A stretch of DNA of 64,000 nucleotides, taken from Eledone cirrhosa. Taxonomy: Eukaryota. A model generated the notes under the pieces. That model saw only the letters and a list, made by a program, of their open reading frames with translations, searched no databases and was not told the origin of the DNA. The stretch lies in the NCBI GenBank assembly GCA_964016885.1, contig OZ024742.1:239010001-239074000 (forward strand), given 5' to 3'. A program made the position numbers and the translations under genes. Positions 12,677-25,100 of the stretch are shown here, in pieces (the first letter of the stretch is position 1; each line of letters starts with the position of its first letter).

Positions 12677-13135
12677 CATTGTCATTTTAATGTCCGCTTT
12701 CCCTGCTAGCAAGGTTGGACAGGTCTATATAGACAAGTCTGTATTGAAACTGAACCACTTATCTCCCAAGCAAGCCAGGGATCTGTGTCTCACTTATGTA
12801 TGCTCTTACATTCCATCAACTGCTCAGAGTAGGTTGTCACGCCTTTGACACAACTGAGGGTCCTTCCAACCCTCTGTTTGACAAGATTTCCATGGTTGGA
12901 TGCCCTTCTTATCACCAACCACTTTGCAGCATGTACTAGGTGCTTTTATCGAGTAAATCACCAACACTTGGGAGGTTGTCATGTCCTTGACATGACAGGA
13001 GGGTCCTTCCGTTCGTTTGTCTGGCAAGTTTTCTACAAAGTGGTTTGTGATAGCAAACATGCCAGACAAAGGGTTGAGAGGACCCTTCCATCGAGTCAAG
13101 GGCATGACAACCTCCCTAGTGTTGGTGATTTACAC

Positions 13136-13166
<31 letters not shown>

Positions 13167-14400
13167 CATCATCATCATCATCATTCAAAGTCTATCTTCC
13201 ACAAGTCCAGGCAAGGTTGTTTGTAGAAGACCAGCAGTCGCCCATACATACCGGTTTCCCCTCTCCACACCACCAGTATACTGGAACAACATGAAAATAA
13301 AGTGTCTTGCTCGGGGACACAATGCATTACCCGGGCTGAGAATCAAACTTATGATTGCAAGCCGAGTGCTCTAACCACTAAACCATACATGTGTGTGCAT
13401 TGTTGATCTTCACAAGATTTGAATTCAGAAACATAAAGCGGTGTAACTAAATACCACAGGGCATATATTTTAATCTTCTTTCTTCTATTTCACCACCTCT
13501 CTAATGTAATCAGTATTAAACATGATTTCTGTTGTTCTAACTGCTAAAACTGATATCTACATGTTTTGGGATTTTTTGTTATATTTTTGCATAGATGGTG
13601 GGAGTGGAATGGTAGATGACCCAATTGAGTAAAATTTACTGGTTTGATCAGAAAACAGATTTTCCTTGTTAACAGGTAAGTAAACCAGCTGTGGATGCAT
13701 ATGTGGCTGGGTGGTTAAGAAGTTTGTTTCACAATCACGAGGTTCCAGTTAAATCCCACAGTGTGATATCTTGAGCAAACATCTTTGTGAGTGAAATTGG
13801 GTACACAGAAACTGTGTAGAAGTGTAGAAGCCCATCAGATGGATTGTACCTGTAATTCAGTCAGCATTGTCACATATTCTATCATGCTGATACAACTTGC
13901 GAATGACATTAAGGGTGCATGTTTCTGTGAAATACTCAACCACTCAGGACATATGGATGATCAATCAAAGGTCTAATTTACAATTTTGTTAGTTTCCAAT
14001 CTTCCTCATTATAATCTCACTGAAATATCTTTTTCTTAAATTATTCAGTTTCTATTTGAGATATTCGGTTAAGAATTTCACACTAAACTAAATCAGAGCT
14101 AGTCTGGGTGCTTAACAATAATAACTTTAAACAGTTATGTTTATAATATTTTCTTTGTTTTCAGATATAACAATTCTCTAACATTTTTTGGGGATTTACA
14201 CAACAATCAAAGCTAAAAAAATATAAGGGACCTTACCAACAGTAACTATAAAAAAGAAAAATTCCGAAGTTGGTCTTGTTGCTTGTTTTCTAGCATCAAC
14301 ATAAATTTTGAAGAAAAAAATCTCTTGATGAATGGAAAAAGGCTAGACCATTTAAAAGAATGTTGAAGCAAAAGTCAAACAGCAATATACCTGGAACAAT
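11857..14400 (+). other. Possible spliced lncRNA or micropeptide transcript
   Basis: Exon-like units with GT-AG borders: 11857-11918, 12197-12278, 13594-13675 (CAG|GTAAGT) and an acceptor ending at 14163; no recognisable homology. Confidence 0.35.
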
Positions 14401-16999
14401 TTTGGTTTTGAGAAGGTTGAATATCCAATGTTTGTGCAATCTAGATTTGAAAAGTAGAATGATGGTTGTGGAATGTTTTATTTTTACTAAATTAAATTAA
14501 ATTTTTTATTTTCTATAATTTTCTGGCTGCTGGACAGTCTAAAAAAACATTTTGTTATATTGCAGTGAAACTGACTTATGAGAATTAAAATATTTAAATA
14601 TAATTTTATTATTTAAATACTTCCTGTAAGAGTGTCTATAACTAATTATTACACCTGTGAATTCTAAATGATTTCTATATGTAATATAAGTACTGTAATA
14701 TTAACTATAATACTGAAAGTGGTAAATTGGCAGAATCATTAAAATGTTGAACAAAATGCACTGTAGCCCACTAAATTCTGAGTTCAGCTTTACCTTTTGT
14801 CCTTCCGGTGATGATAAAAAGATGTCCCTCAAATACTGGAACCAATCTATTATATCCTTCCCACAAATGTGTCGCATTATGCTTATATTAAAAACCAAAA
14901 ATAATTATGATATCTACAAATATGGTAAAATGTTGTTCTGTGCTATATGGTGCTTTGAAATTATCAAAATGTTGTAAATGTAGCATATATATATATCCTC
15001 TCAAATTTAAATATAATTTTATTATTTAAATACTTCATATAAGAGTGTCTATAACTAATTATTACACCTGTGAATTAATCTTTACAGGTGCTAGGACAAA
15101 ATGGCAAAGTGGGTACATTTTTTAATTAATAAAGAATTTTCCAAAGCATCCCATTGAATTATAAAATGTGAGCAATAGAAAATATTTTGGTAAAGAAAGC
15201 AAGAATGTTTTGGTTAAAAATATGTTTAAGTTACAAAGCAGAAGGCATTTTCATTTATAAAGGTGGAAATAATTCCAAGTTATTGTAGGTGAAAACTATT
15301 GCAATAATTAAATTATTTAGATTAAAGATACAGAATATTACTGTTTTCTTTTGTTTGTCTTTTAGCTGGGAGATCGAGCAAACTATCCATTTTCTTTGGA
15401 TAGTAGAACTTACAAGCTATCTGTTTTAACACTGCAATCTGGTTCTTGGTTGCTTCTAGTAGTAATTACTGTTTCAACAATTGAAACTTAGTCAGTGTTC
15501 ATGATAATATACAACTGCACTTTTCCTCGTGCAATATCACTGTTTGTCAGAAAGTAGAGATGGAAAGGCTTCCCAAAAGAAGCTTGCTGCCATATAGGAC
15601 AGTGACTTAAAGGTAGAGGTAGAAAGGTTTCTTAGCATAAGTCTGCTGCCATATAAGAGAGACACAGAGGGTAAGTAGAGGTGGAAAGGTTTCTTAACAG
15701 AAGTCTACTACCAGAGGGTAGGTAGACGTGGAAAGGTTTCTCAGCAGAAGTCTGCTGCCATGTAGGACTGTGACTCAGCTGAAGCATAATGCTATATTCC
15801 CAATTTGTGGTTAATAACCTAGAGAGAAAAGGATTTCAAAACCCTTACGTAACTATAGGCTTCCAGCTAAGATATTGTTAGGAATCAACATAACAGTTTG
15901 CAGCAACTCATGAATCAGGATTTTCTCCTTCACCTTCACCTTCACCTCACAACAAAAACATGAAAATGACACAAATCAAGAATAATAACAAATCCACAAA
16001 TTCTGTGTGTTAATATCTGTGAACTTTGACCCATCTTAAACCCTCTCCCCAACCTCCTATTAACATGCAGAACACATAAGACTCAAATCTAAATGTAACC
16101 TATCTCTGCTGTCCAAACTACACTCTCTAGCCTAACTCTTTACTTGGAATGTTGATGTCTGCACGTAAATAGAACCTATCTACTTTACACTGATCTTTCT
16201 CACCTGATTCAGTCACAATTTCCTGTTAGTCTGGACCAACATGTCTCTTCCCTAAAGTTCTAAGTTAGTGTTTCTAAAAATGGTTTCTGAGCAACCTCAG
16301 GATTCTGTGATATAATAAAATTTAATAAAAAAAAAATTAAGTTTGTCTTTGTTTTTATACATTCTCTCTCTGAAACAATTTTGGTTTCATTTAACCCTTT
16401 TGATATCAATCCATCTAAAACTGGCTTTGATTCTATAAAACACAACCACCTGTTTTAAAGGGACCCTATTTAAAATAAATCTTCCAACATAACTTGACAT
16501 AAAAATCTTTTGTTAAAATATGATACCAATACCATTTTAATAATTAAATAAATAAATTTAGTAAATTCCTCCAAATTCCTGCAGTGTATTTCATTAAAAA
16601 TATGGTAATGAAAGGGTTAATGTTTTATTAAAATTAGGGTGATGGAAATTGTCTGTAAAATATAGGTATGGGTTCTGCAATTGTTTTTAAATTGTATAAA
16701 TTATGTTTGAGAGCCATTGCTTTTAGTTTATCTGTTGTCTCTGCTGCTGCTCAAACTCTTCCAGCTACAATCAGCTATTTGACTGTCTCACTTCCAGTAT
16801 TAAAGACAGATGTCACCTCATCTCACCTTTCTCAGAAGTTGTTGTCCTTGGTTATTTGAATATAACCAACAAGAGAGCCTCTATGATGTTGTTAGACCTG
16901 CTAGGAATAGCAGCCAAATTTCTTTGAAATCACATGTTACCATCTTTATGATGATATCCATGGCTACATTGGATAATGTATCATTATTAGATACATGAT

Positions 17000-17190
17000 A
17001 CAAAGAGCGGGGATTGGCAGTATCGGTAGAGAGTCGGACGCCATGCTTTCCAGCATAGTTACGTCCCTTTATGGTCTGAGTTCAAATCCCGCCGAGGTTT
17101 ACTTTGCCTTTCATCCTTACGGGGTCGATAAAATAAAGTACCAGTAATGCACTGGGTAATTGCTGGCCTTGTGCCTAAAGTAGAAACAAT
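17000..17190 (+). mobile_element. tRNA-derived SINE family A with 17-bp target-site duplication
   Basis: A and B boxes; ATTATTAGATACATGAT at 16983-16999 and 17189-17205. Confidence 0.9.
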
Positions 17191-17644
17191 TATTAGATAC
17201 ATGATGCCTGAAAAATAGGTTTGATTGGTCATAGCTAGAATGTTTTTGATCACAAATCTGTTCATGCCTTCACTCATAGGCCATCATTAGAGTCTACTAG
17301 TAATCAACTCATCATCACCCTTTAATTTCTATTTCTATGCTTGCATAGGTGAAATGAATTGTAATATTGCGAGGCCAGACCAGTCAGGTGACCACATCCT
17401 GCTCATATACTCCATTTTGGTTTCTTCAGCTTTTCATAAAGCCAAACACTTTACAGCATGTACTGAGAGTATGGTTTTTACAGCTGGATGCCCTTCCTAT
17501 TGCCAACCACTTTAGTTGTACTGGGAACATTTTATCATGACTCTGGCACTACCATCTTATAGGGTGGGGTGGGCTGGGTGCTTTTTTAAAGATAATAACC
17601 CAAAAGGGTTAAATAAACAAGTACAATAAATAGCCTATTAAAAT

Positions 17645-17650
17645 TTTATT
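17645..17650 (-). promoter_or_regulatory. Candidate COX18 polyadenylation signal AATAAA
   Basis: TTTATT on plus strand about 155 nt past the stop codon; common by chance in AT-rich DNA. Confidence 0.4.
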
Positions 17651-17804
17651 GATAAAATTGGCTATTTTGTAAAAAAGAGCAAACAAGAAATCCTTTTTTA
17701 AATGATAAAGTAATTTTGAGATAAAAAATTGAAAACCTAGAGAGTATTTTTTCCTCAAATAAAAAGAAATCCTAAAGACATTTTTTTAATAGAAAACTAT
17801 CAGC

Positions 17805-17978
17805 TTATTTCTTCCAAGTGTACTTTTTCTTAGCAGCAGCATAAAGATCTTCAAGTGGTTTTTGACTTTCAGATGGGGTTTCTGGAATCCTCAGAGTGCG
17901 CCTTACTTTAGGAAATTTCAACACCAAATTCTGAGCAAGACCATACAAGCTGGAACATGTCCAATACCAACACATGCA
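17805..17978 (-). CDS. COX18: COX18 exon 6 (last coding exon)
   Basis: tttttag acceptor; CMCWYWTCSSLYGLAQNLVLKFPKVRRTLRIPETPSESQKP...TWKK* contains the conserved YWxxSS..Q and RIP motifs; TAA at 17807-17805. Confidence 0.95.
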   Translation of the reverse strand, partial: CMCWYWTCSSLYGLAQNLVLKFPKVRRTLRIPETPSESQKPLEDLYAAAKKKYTWKK

Positions 17979-18842
17979 CTAAAAATAAAAAAAATTAAAA
18001 ATTGAAAATATAGCCAGTACAATGCAGATGACTATAATAATTGTTGACAACTATAGATAATAGTTGAATAAATTGGATAAAGATGGAAAAAAATGAACAA
18101 AGACATAAGCAGGGAATTGAACCATGCATCTTTTGTATGCTGGGCAAGCATATTAAACCATCACTCCAAAGCGTCCCTGGCTTCTAATTGCTGGGTTTTT
18201 TTTTAGGAGTTTTAAGTGTGGCACTAGAATTGTAAGCAAAACTTGATTGACTGATGAAGCATTGGGAAGTTTGAATTTTAAAAATATAGTGTCATAATGC
18301 AAATCATCATCATCATCATCACCGTTTTACGTCCGTTCTTCCACGCTAGCATGGAACTATAATAATAACTATAATAATAATTGATGATTATATATATTAG
18401 TTTCATCAACCAGGTTAAACGTGCTCACTCGGCATATGAGAGATGCATCGTCTGATTTCCTGCAGACATCGCTGTCCACTGTACCTTACCCAATTTATTC
18501 AACTATTATCTATAGTTATTAACTATTGTTATAGTGATCTGCAAAGTGGCAACTATATTTTCAAATTTTAAATTTTCCAATGCTTCATTAGTTAACCAAG
18601 TTATGTTTAAAAAATAAAATATACAATAGAAATTGAAGAGATTCATGATAACACGTATTAATTCAAGAAACAAAAACATCAAGCAGCACATAAGAAAGTA
18701 TCTTTAAAAATGAATTTCCTCTTAACCATTTCATTACTATATTTCTACGGAAATACACTGCTTATGTTTTCAAATAACTTTCGATATTAATCAAGAATTT
18801 GGAGAGATTTAATATAATAACTAACTTTGTTGATATCAAATT

Positions 18843-18993
18843 ATAATTGTTTATACTTTTGGCACAAGCCAGCAATTATCCAGTACATTACTGGTACTTT
18901 ATTTTATCGACCCTGTAAGGATGAAAGACAAAGTTAACCTCGACGGGATTTGAACTCAGACCGCAAAGGGACGTAACTATGCTAGAAAGCATG
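18843..18993 (-). mobile_element. SINE family A
   Basis: Reverse complement of the 17000 element body. Confidence 0.85.
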
Positions 18994-19904
18994 ATATAAA
19001 GCGGTAGTGCTGGTGCCACGAAAAAAAAAAGCACCCTATCTGCCCTGTCTAATACAAGCATGGAAAATAGATGCAAAACAATAGTAGCAGTGGTATAGGA
19101 ACATTTAAAACTGGCAATTTTGTACCATAAAACTAGAGACAGTTTCAAATGGGCTGGTATCCAAATGACTAATGTTGGTTTTCATGATGAGTGTTCCAGT
19201 TGTTCAATCAATAGAACAGCCTGCTTGATAAATTAACGTAAGTGGCTGAGTATTACACAGATATGTATACCCTTAACATAATTCTCAGAGAGATGGAGCA
19301 TGACACAGTGTGTGACAAGTCTGGCCCCTTTGAATTACAGGCACTGTCCATCCATCATGCTTCCAAATAGTTCCTGTCTATCCAATCACAAGGCTTTGGG
19401 TTAACACGAGGCTATGGTGAATGGCATCAGCACTACCACCTTACAGGGTGAACTGGATGCATTTTTCCATGGCACCAGCAACATTTCCTTACAGTGCAGA
19501 CTGGGTACCTTTATTGTGGCACCAACACTACCATCACAAGAATTAGAGAGAGCATGATCTGCTGCATATGTAATGTTAACATGCATGAATGATGAAGTAA
19601 AAATGTGCTGAAAGGAAAAACTGAGTTTACAAGAGACTGCAATGGTATGAACATGTGATGTTTTATAAAGTAGGTGAAAAAGTGTCAAATAGTGCAAATA
19701 AAAGGAAGTGATGAAGTGTGAACCTCTCAAAAGAGATGAAGGACTGCAATAAATGGAATAATGCTAAGTTAACCCTTTTGCATTTAAATTGGCCATATCC
19801 AACTAAAATTCTCTCACCTCTTTCTGTTTAAGCCAGCTGTAACCAGCTTCTCATATTGATGTTAAGGTATTGTTCTCAAAATAAATAATATCAAAATCTC
19901 ATTT

Positions 19905-20098
19905 ACATAATGGTATAAAATTGATGACTTGACAATAGAGGAGAGGTGAGTGAATTATGATTGAGTTGTTAAATAACAAGGCCTTTTTGGCTTCTTTGGT
20001 TGATGATTGGACTGATGATTCTGTTGTTATTTAACAACTCAATCATAATTCACTCACCTCTCCTCTATTGTCAAGTCATCAATTTTATACCATTATGT
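19905..20098. repeat. 75-bp inverted repeat with 44-nt spacer in COX18 intron 5
   Basis: 19905-19979 is the exact reverse complement of 20024-20098. Confidence 0.95.
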
Positions 20099-20510
20099 GA
20101 CATCGCAACTCATTTTTTCCTGCTGAGTGAACTAAAATAAAGTGACTTGCTCAAAGACACAACACATCACCCTATTTGGGAATTAAACTGACAGCCTCAC
20201 AATTGTAAGTCCAACACTCTAAACACTAACCCATGCTCCTTCACTATTCATTATATAAGTAAGTCATAAATCCAGCACATCGGGTATATCATGTTTTAAT
20301 CTGTATTAATATACTGCTTTCATCTAAATGTGAGTCAGAGATAGTGGTGATAAGAACAGGCCTCCAATTTTCTCTTCAGCTTATTTTCATAAGCTCAGAT
20401 GGGAAGTAAATTAGTGTCAGGGGTTTGAAACAAAGGAGAAAACAGGCATGCTGGTGGATCAATAGTAACAGAATATTAATAAGTGATCATTTGTCAAAAG
20501 AAATACTTAC

Positions 20511-20618
20511 ACTGGGAACTGAAGCTCCAATTGGTATCATTACAATACTAAAACATCTGAGGATATTTGTAATAACTCTAGAAAATCTACCTGGGTTCTT
20601 CATTTGTAATGCATACAT
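20511..20618 (-). CDS. COX18: COX18 exon 5
   Basis: ttatag acceptor, AGT|GTAAGT donor, 108 nt; MYALQMRNPGRFSRVITNILRCFSIVMIPIGASVPS. Confidence 0.93.
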
Positions 20619-22101
20619 CTATAACAGAAAAATAAGTTTTTTTTATGATAGAAAATAAAATGACAATATTTTAGAATATATGAATACTTAAGTACTTTTA
20701 TATTGTCCTAAAGGTTTCAGTTCAAAACTATCCACTTGTGCTAAAATAAACATAGTAAAGTACTTGCTTTATTCAGTAGATTCCGAATGCTATATGTACA
20801 TCTTTCTTGTCTTAGTTTCCATAGAAGATTTTTGTTTTTGATACAAATAGTAACTCCCATTCCCAACAAAATTATATCTGAGCAGAACTTGAAATTCTTT
20901 TCTTACTCAGTGACCACCAATGATGTTTCTGCATAGCAGGGTACCCTGGAAAGTTAGTACGTCACAAATCATTGGTCTTCAGTTTATTAAAACCTAACAA
21001 ATGTAAAATTGTTACCTTAGAAATTTTAAAAACATTTTACAATGAGTAAGTCTGCCTATGAACTCCACTCATCACTAATAACCTGACACTAACATCACAA
21101 ATCAAGGGTCTTTAGTTTATTAAAACCTAACAAACATAAAATTGTTATCTTACAAATTTTAAAAACATTTTACAATGAATAAGTCTTCCTATGAATTGCA
21201 CACATCACTAATAACCTGACGCTAAAGGTTGCTGTTAGATTGTGCTATTGATCATGTACTGTTAGAGTTTTCTCTATAGACATCATTCTAACAAATTAAA
21301 TATATCGTGAGATGACACAAGACCAGGATCTCTGGCAATATGCGGTAATACAGAAGGCCCGACTTCCCATGAGCTCAAGCTGAAGCACATGTACAGTATG
21401 TGTGTGTCCCCCCCCCCCCCAACCCACACTGTAAAGTGGACAGGTAAAAGACACAGCAAAAAGCACCCAACCCACACTGTACATGTGGTTAGCATTAGGA
21501 AGGGCATCCAGCCGTAGATAACCAGCCAGAAACACCCCTATTTTAGTGAGACATGATCACTCGACACAACTTGCCTTAAAATAGGACCAGTCTAACCCAT
21601 GCTAGTGTGGAAGATGGATGTTAATCGATGATGATGGGACACATCATTCTTAATTAGACACTCATGTTGCTACAGAGAGAAGGTGAGCTGGCAGAGTCAT
21701 TAGAATATCAGATAGTAGACTTTGCAGTATTTGTTCCAGCACTCTACAGTTCAAATCCAAACATGAAATGAAGCATCTTTCTCAAGAATGTAATGCGCTG
21801 CCCTGTCCAGCAATTGGATCCATAATCATATGATCATGAGCCCAATATCAAGCCATGCACCTCCATATTAGTTCCCCCTCCCTCCCACAACAGACATCCT
21901 TTCATCATCATCATCGTTTTAACGTCCACTTTCCCTGCTAGAAAGGGTTGGACAGGTCTACATAGACCAAGTTAGCACAGAAACGGGGTCACTGACTCCC
22001 CAGAAAGGCCAGGGATCTGTATCTCACTTACGTACAGTGTCATGGTTGATAAAAAAGTGCCATCCAAGATTGGGTTCAATTCTTCCTCTATATTGCTTTC
22101 T

Positions 22102-25100
22102 CACATACAGGTCCATACATACAGGTCCATACATACAGGTCCATACATACAGGTCCACACATACAGGTCCACACATACAGGTCCACACATACAGGTCCAC
22201 ACATACAGGTCCACACATACAGGTCCATACATACAGGTCCATACATACAGGTCCATACATACAGGTCCACACATACAGGTCCACACATACAGGTCCATAC
22301 ATACAGGTCCATACATACAGGTCCATACATACAGGTCCATACATACAGGTCCATACATACAGGTCCATACATACAGGTCCATACATACAGGTGCATATAT
22401 ACAGGTCCATACATACAGGTCCATACCTACAGGTCCATACATACAGGTCCACACATACAGGTCCACACATACAGATCCACACATACAGGTCCATACCTAC
22501 AGGTCCATACATACAGGTCCATACATACAGGTCCATACATACAGGTCCATACATACAGGTCCATACATACAGGTCCATACATACAGGTCCATACATACAG
22601 GTCCATACATACAGGTGCATATATACAGGTCCACACATACAGGTCCATACATACAGGTCCATACCTACAGGTCCACACATACAGGTCCATACATACAGGT
22701 CCATACATACAGGTCCATACATACAGGTCCATACATACAGGTCCACACATACAGGTCCATACATACAGGTCCACACATACAGGTCCATACATACAGGTCC
22801 ATACCTACAGGTCCACACATACAGGTCCATACATACAGGTCCACACATACAGGTCCATACATACAGGTCCATACATACAGGTCCACACATACAGGTCCAT
22901 ACATACAGGTCCACACATACAGGTCCATACATACAGGTCCATACATACAGGTCCATACAGGTCCATACATACAGGTCCATACATACAGGTCCATACATAC
23001 AGGTCCACACATACAGGTCCACACATACAGGTCCATACATACAGGTCCACACATACAGGTCCACACATACAGGTCCACACATACAGGTCCATACATACAG
23101 GTCCATACATACAGGTCCACACATACAGGTCCACACATACAGGTCCATACATACAGGTCCACACATACAGGTCCATACATACAGGTCCACACATACAGGT
23201 CCATACCTACAGGTCCATACCTACAGGTCCATACATACAGGTCCACACATACAGGTCCATACATACAGGTCCATACATACAGGTCCACACATACAGGTCC
23301 ATACATACAGGTCCACACATACAGGTCCATACCTACAGGTCCATACCTACAGGTCCATACATACAGGTCCACACATACAGGTCCATACATACAGGTCCAT
23401 ACATACAGGTCCATACATACAGGTCCATACATACAGGTCCATACATACAGGTCCACACATACAGGTCCATACATACAGGTCCACACATACAGGTGCACAC
23501 ATACAGGTCCACACATACAGGTCCATACATACAGGTCCATACATACAGGTCCATACATACAGGTCCACACATACAGGTCCACACATACAGGTCCATACAT
23601 ACAGGTCCATACATACAGGTCCATACATACAGGTCCATACATACAGGTCCACACATACAGGTCCATACATACAGGTCCATACCTACAGGTCCACACATAC
23701 AGGTCCATACATACAGGTCCACACATACAGGTCCATACATACAGGTCCATACATACAGGTCCATACATACAGGTCCATACATACAGGTCCATACATACAG
23801 GTCCACACATACAGGTCCACACATACAGGTCCACACATACAGGTCCATACATACAGGTCCATACATACAGGTCCATACATACAGGTCCACACATACAGGT
23901 CCATACATACAGGTCCATACATACAGGTCCACACATACAGGTCCATACATACAGGTCCACACATACAGGTCCATACCTACAGGTCCATACCTACAGGTCC
24001 ATACATACAGGTCCACACATACAGGTCCATACATACAGGTCCATACATACAGGTCCACACATACAGGTCCATACATACAGGTCCACACATACAGGTCCAT
24101 ACCTACAGGTCCATACCTACAGGTCCATACATACAGGTCCACACATACAGGTCCATACATACAGGTCCATACATACAGGTCCATACATACAGGTCCATAC
24201 ATACAGGTCCATACATACAGGTCCACACATACAGGTCCATACATACAGGTCCACACATACAGGTGCACACATACAGGTCCATACATACAGGTCCATACAT
24301 ACAGGTGCACACATACAGGTCCACACATACAGGTCCATACATACAGGTCCATACATACAGGTCCATACATACAGGTCCATACATACAGGTCCATACATAC
24401 AGGTCCACACATACAGGTCCATACATACAGGTCCATACATACAGGTCCACACATACAGGTCCATACATACAGGTCCATACATACAGGTGCACACATACAG
24501 GTCCATACATACAGGTCCACACATACAGGTCCATACATACAGGTCCATACATACAGGTCCACACATACAGGTCCACACATACAGGTCCATACATACAGGT
24601 CCATACATACAGGTCCACACATACAGGTCCATACATACAGGTCCACACATACAGGTCCATACCTACAGGTCCATACCTACAGGTCCATACATACAGGTCC
24701 ATACATACAGGTCCACACGTACAGGTCCATACATACAGGTCCATACATATTGGTCCACACATACAGGTCCATACATACAGGTCCACACATACAGGTCCAT
24801 ACCTACAGGTCCATACCTACAGGTCCATACATACAGGTCCATACATACAGGTCCACACATACAGGTCCATACATACAGGTCCACACATACAGGTGCACAC
24901 ATACAGGTCCATACATACAGGTCCATACATACAGGTGCACACATACAGGTCCATACATACAGGTCCATACATACAGGTCCATACATACAGGTCCATACCT
25001 ACAGGTCCATACATACAGGTCCATACATACAGGTCCATACATACAGGTCCATACATACAGGTCCACACATACAGGTCCATACATACAGGTCCACACATAC

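Noticed and set aside
17000-17100. tRNA gene
   Set aside because: A/B boxes are present but no cloverleaf is evident; it is a multi-copy SINE head.
20012-20050. CTGATGA in the spacer of the 75-bp hairpin as hammerhead or C/D snoRNA box
   Set aside because: No GAAA after the following stem and no convincing box C/D pair with terminal stem.
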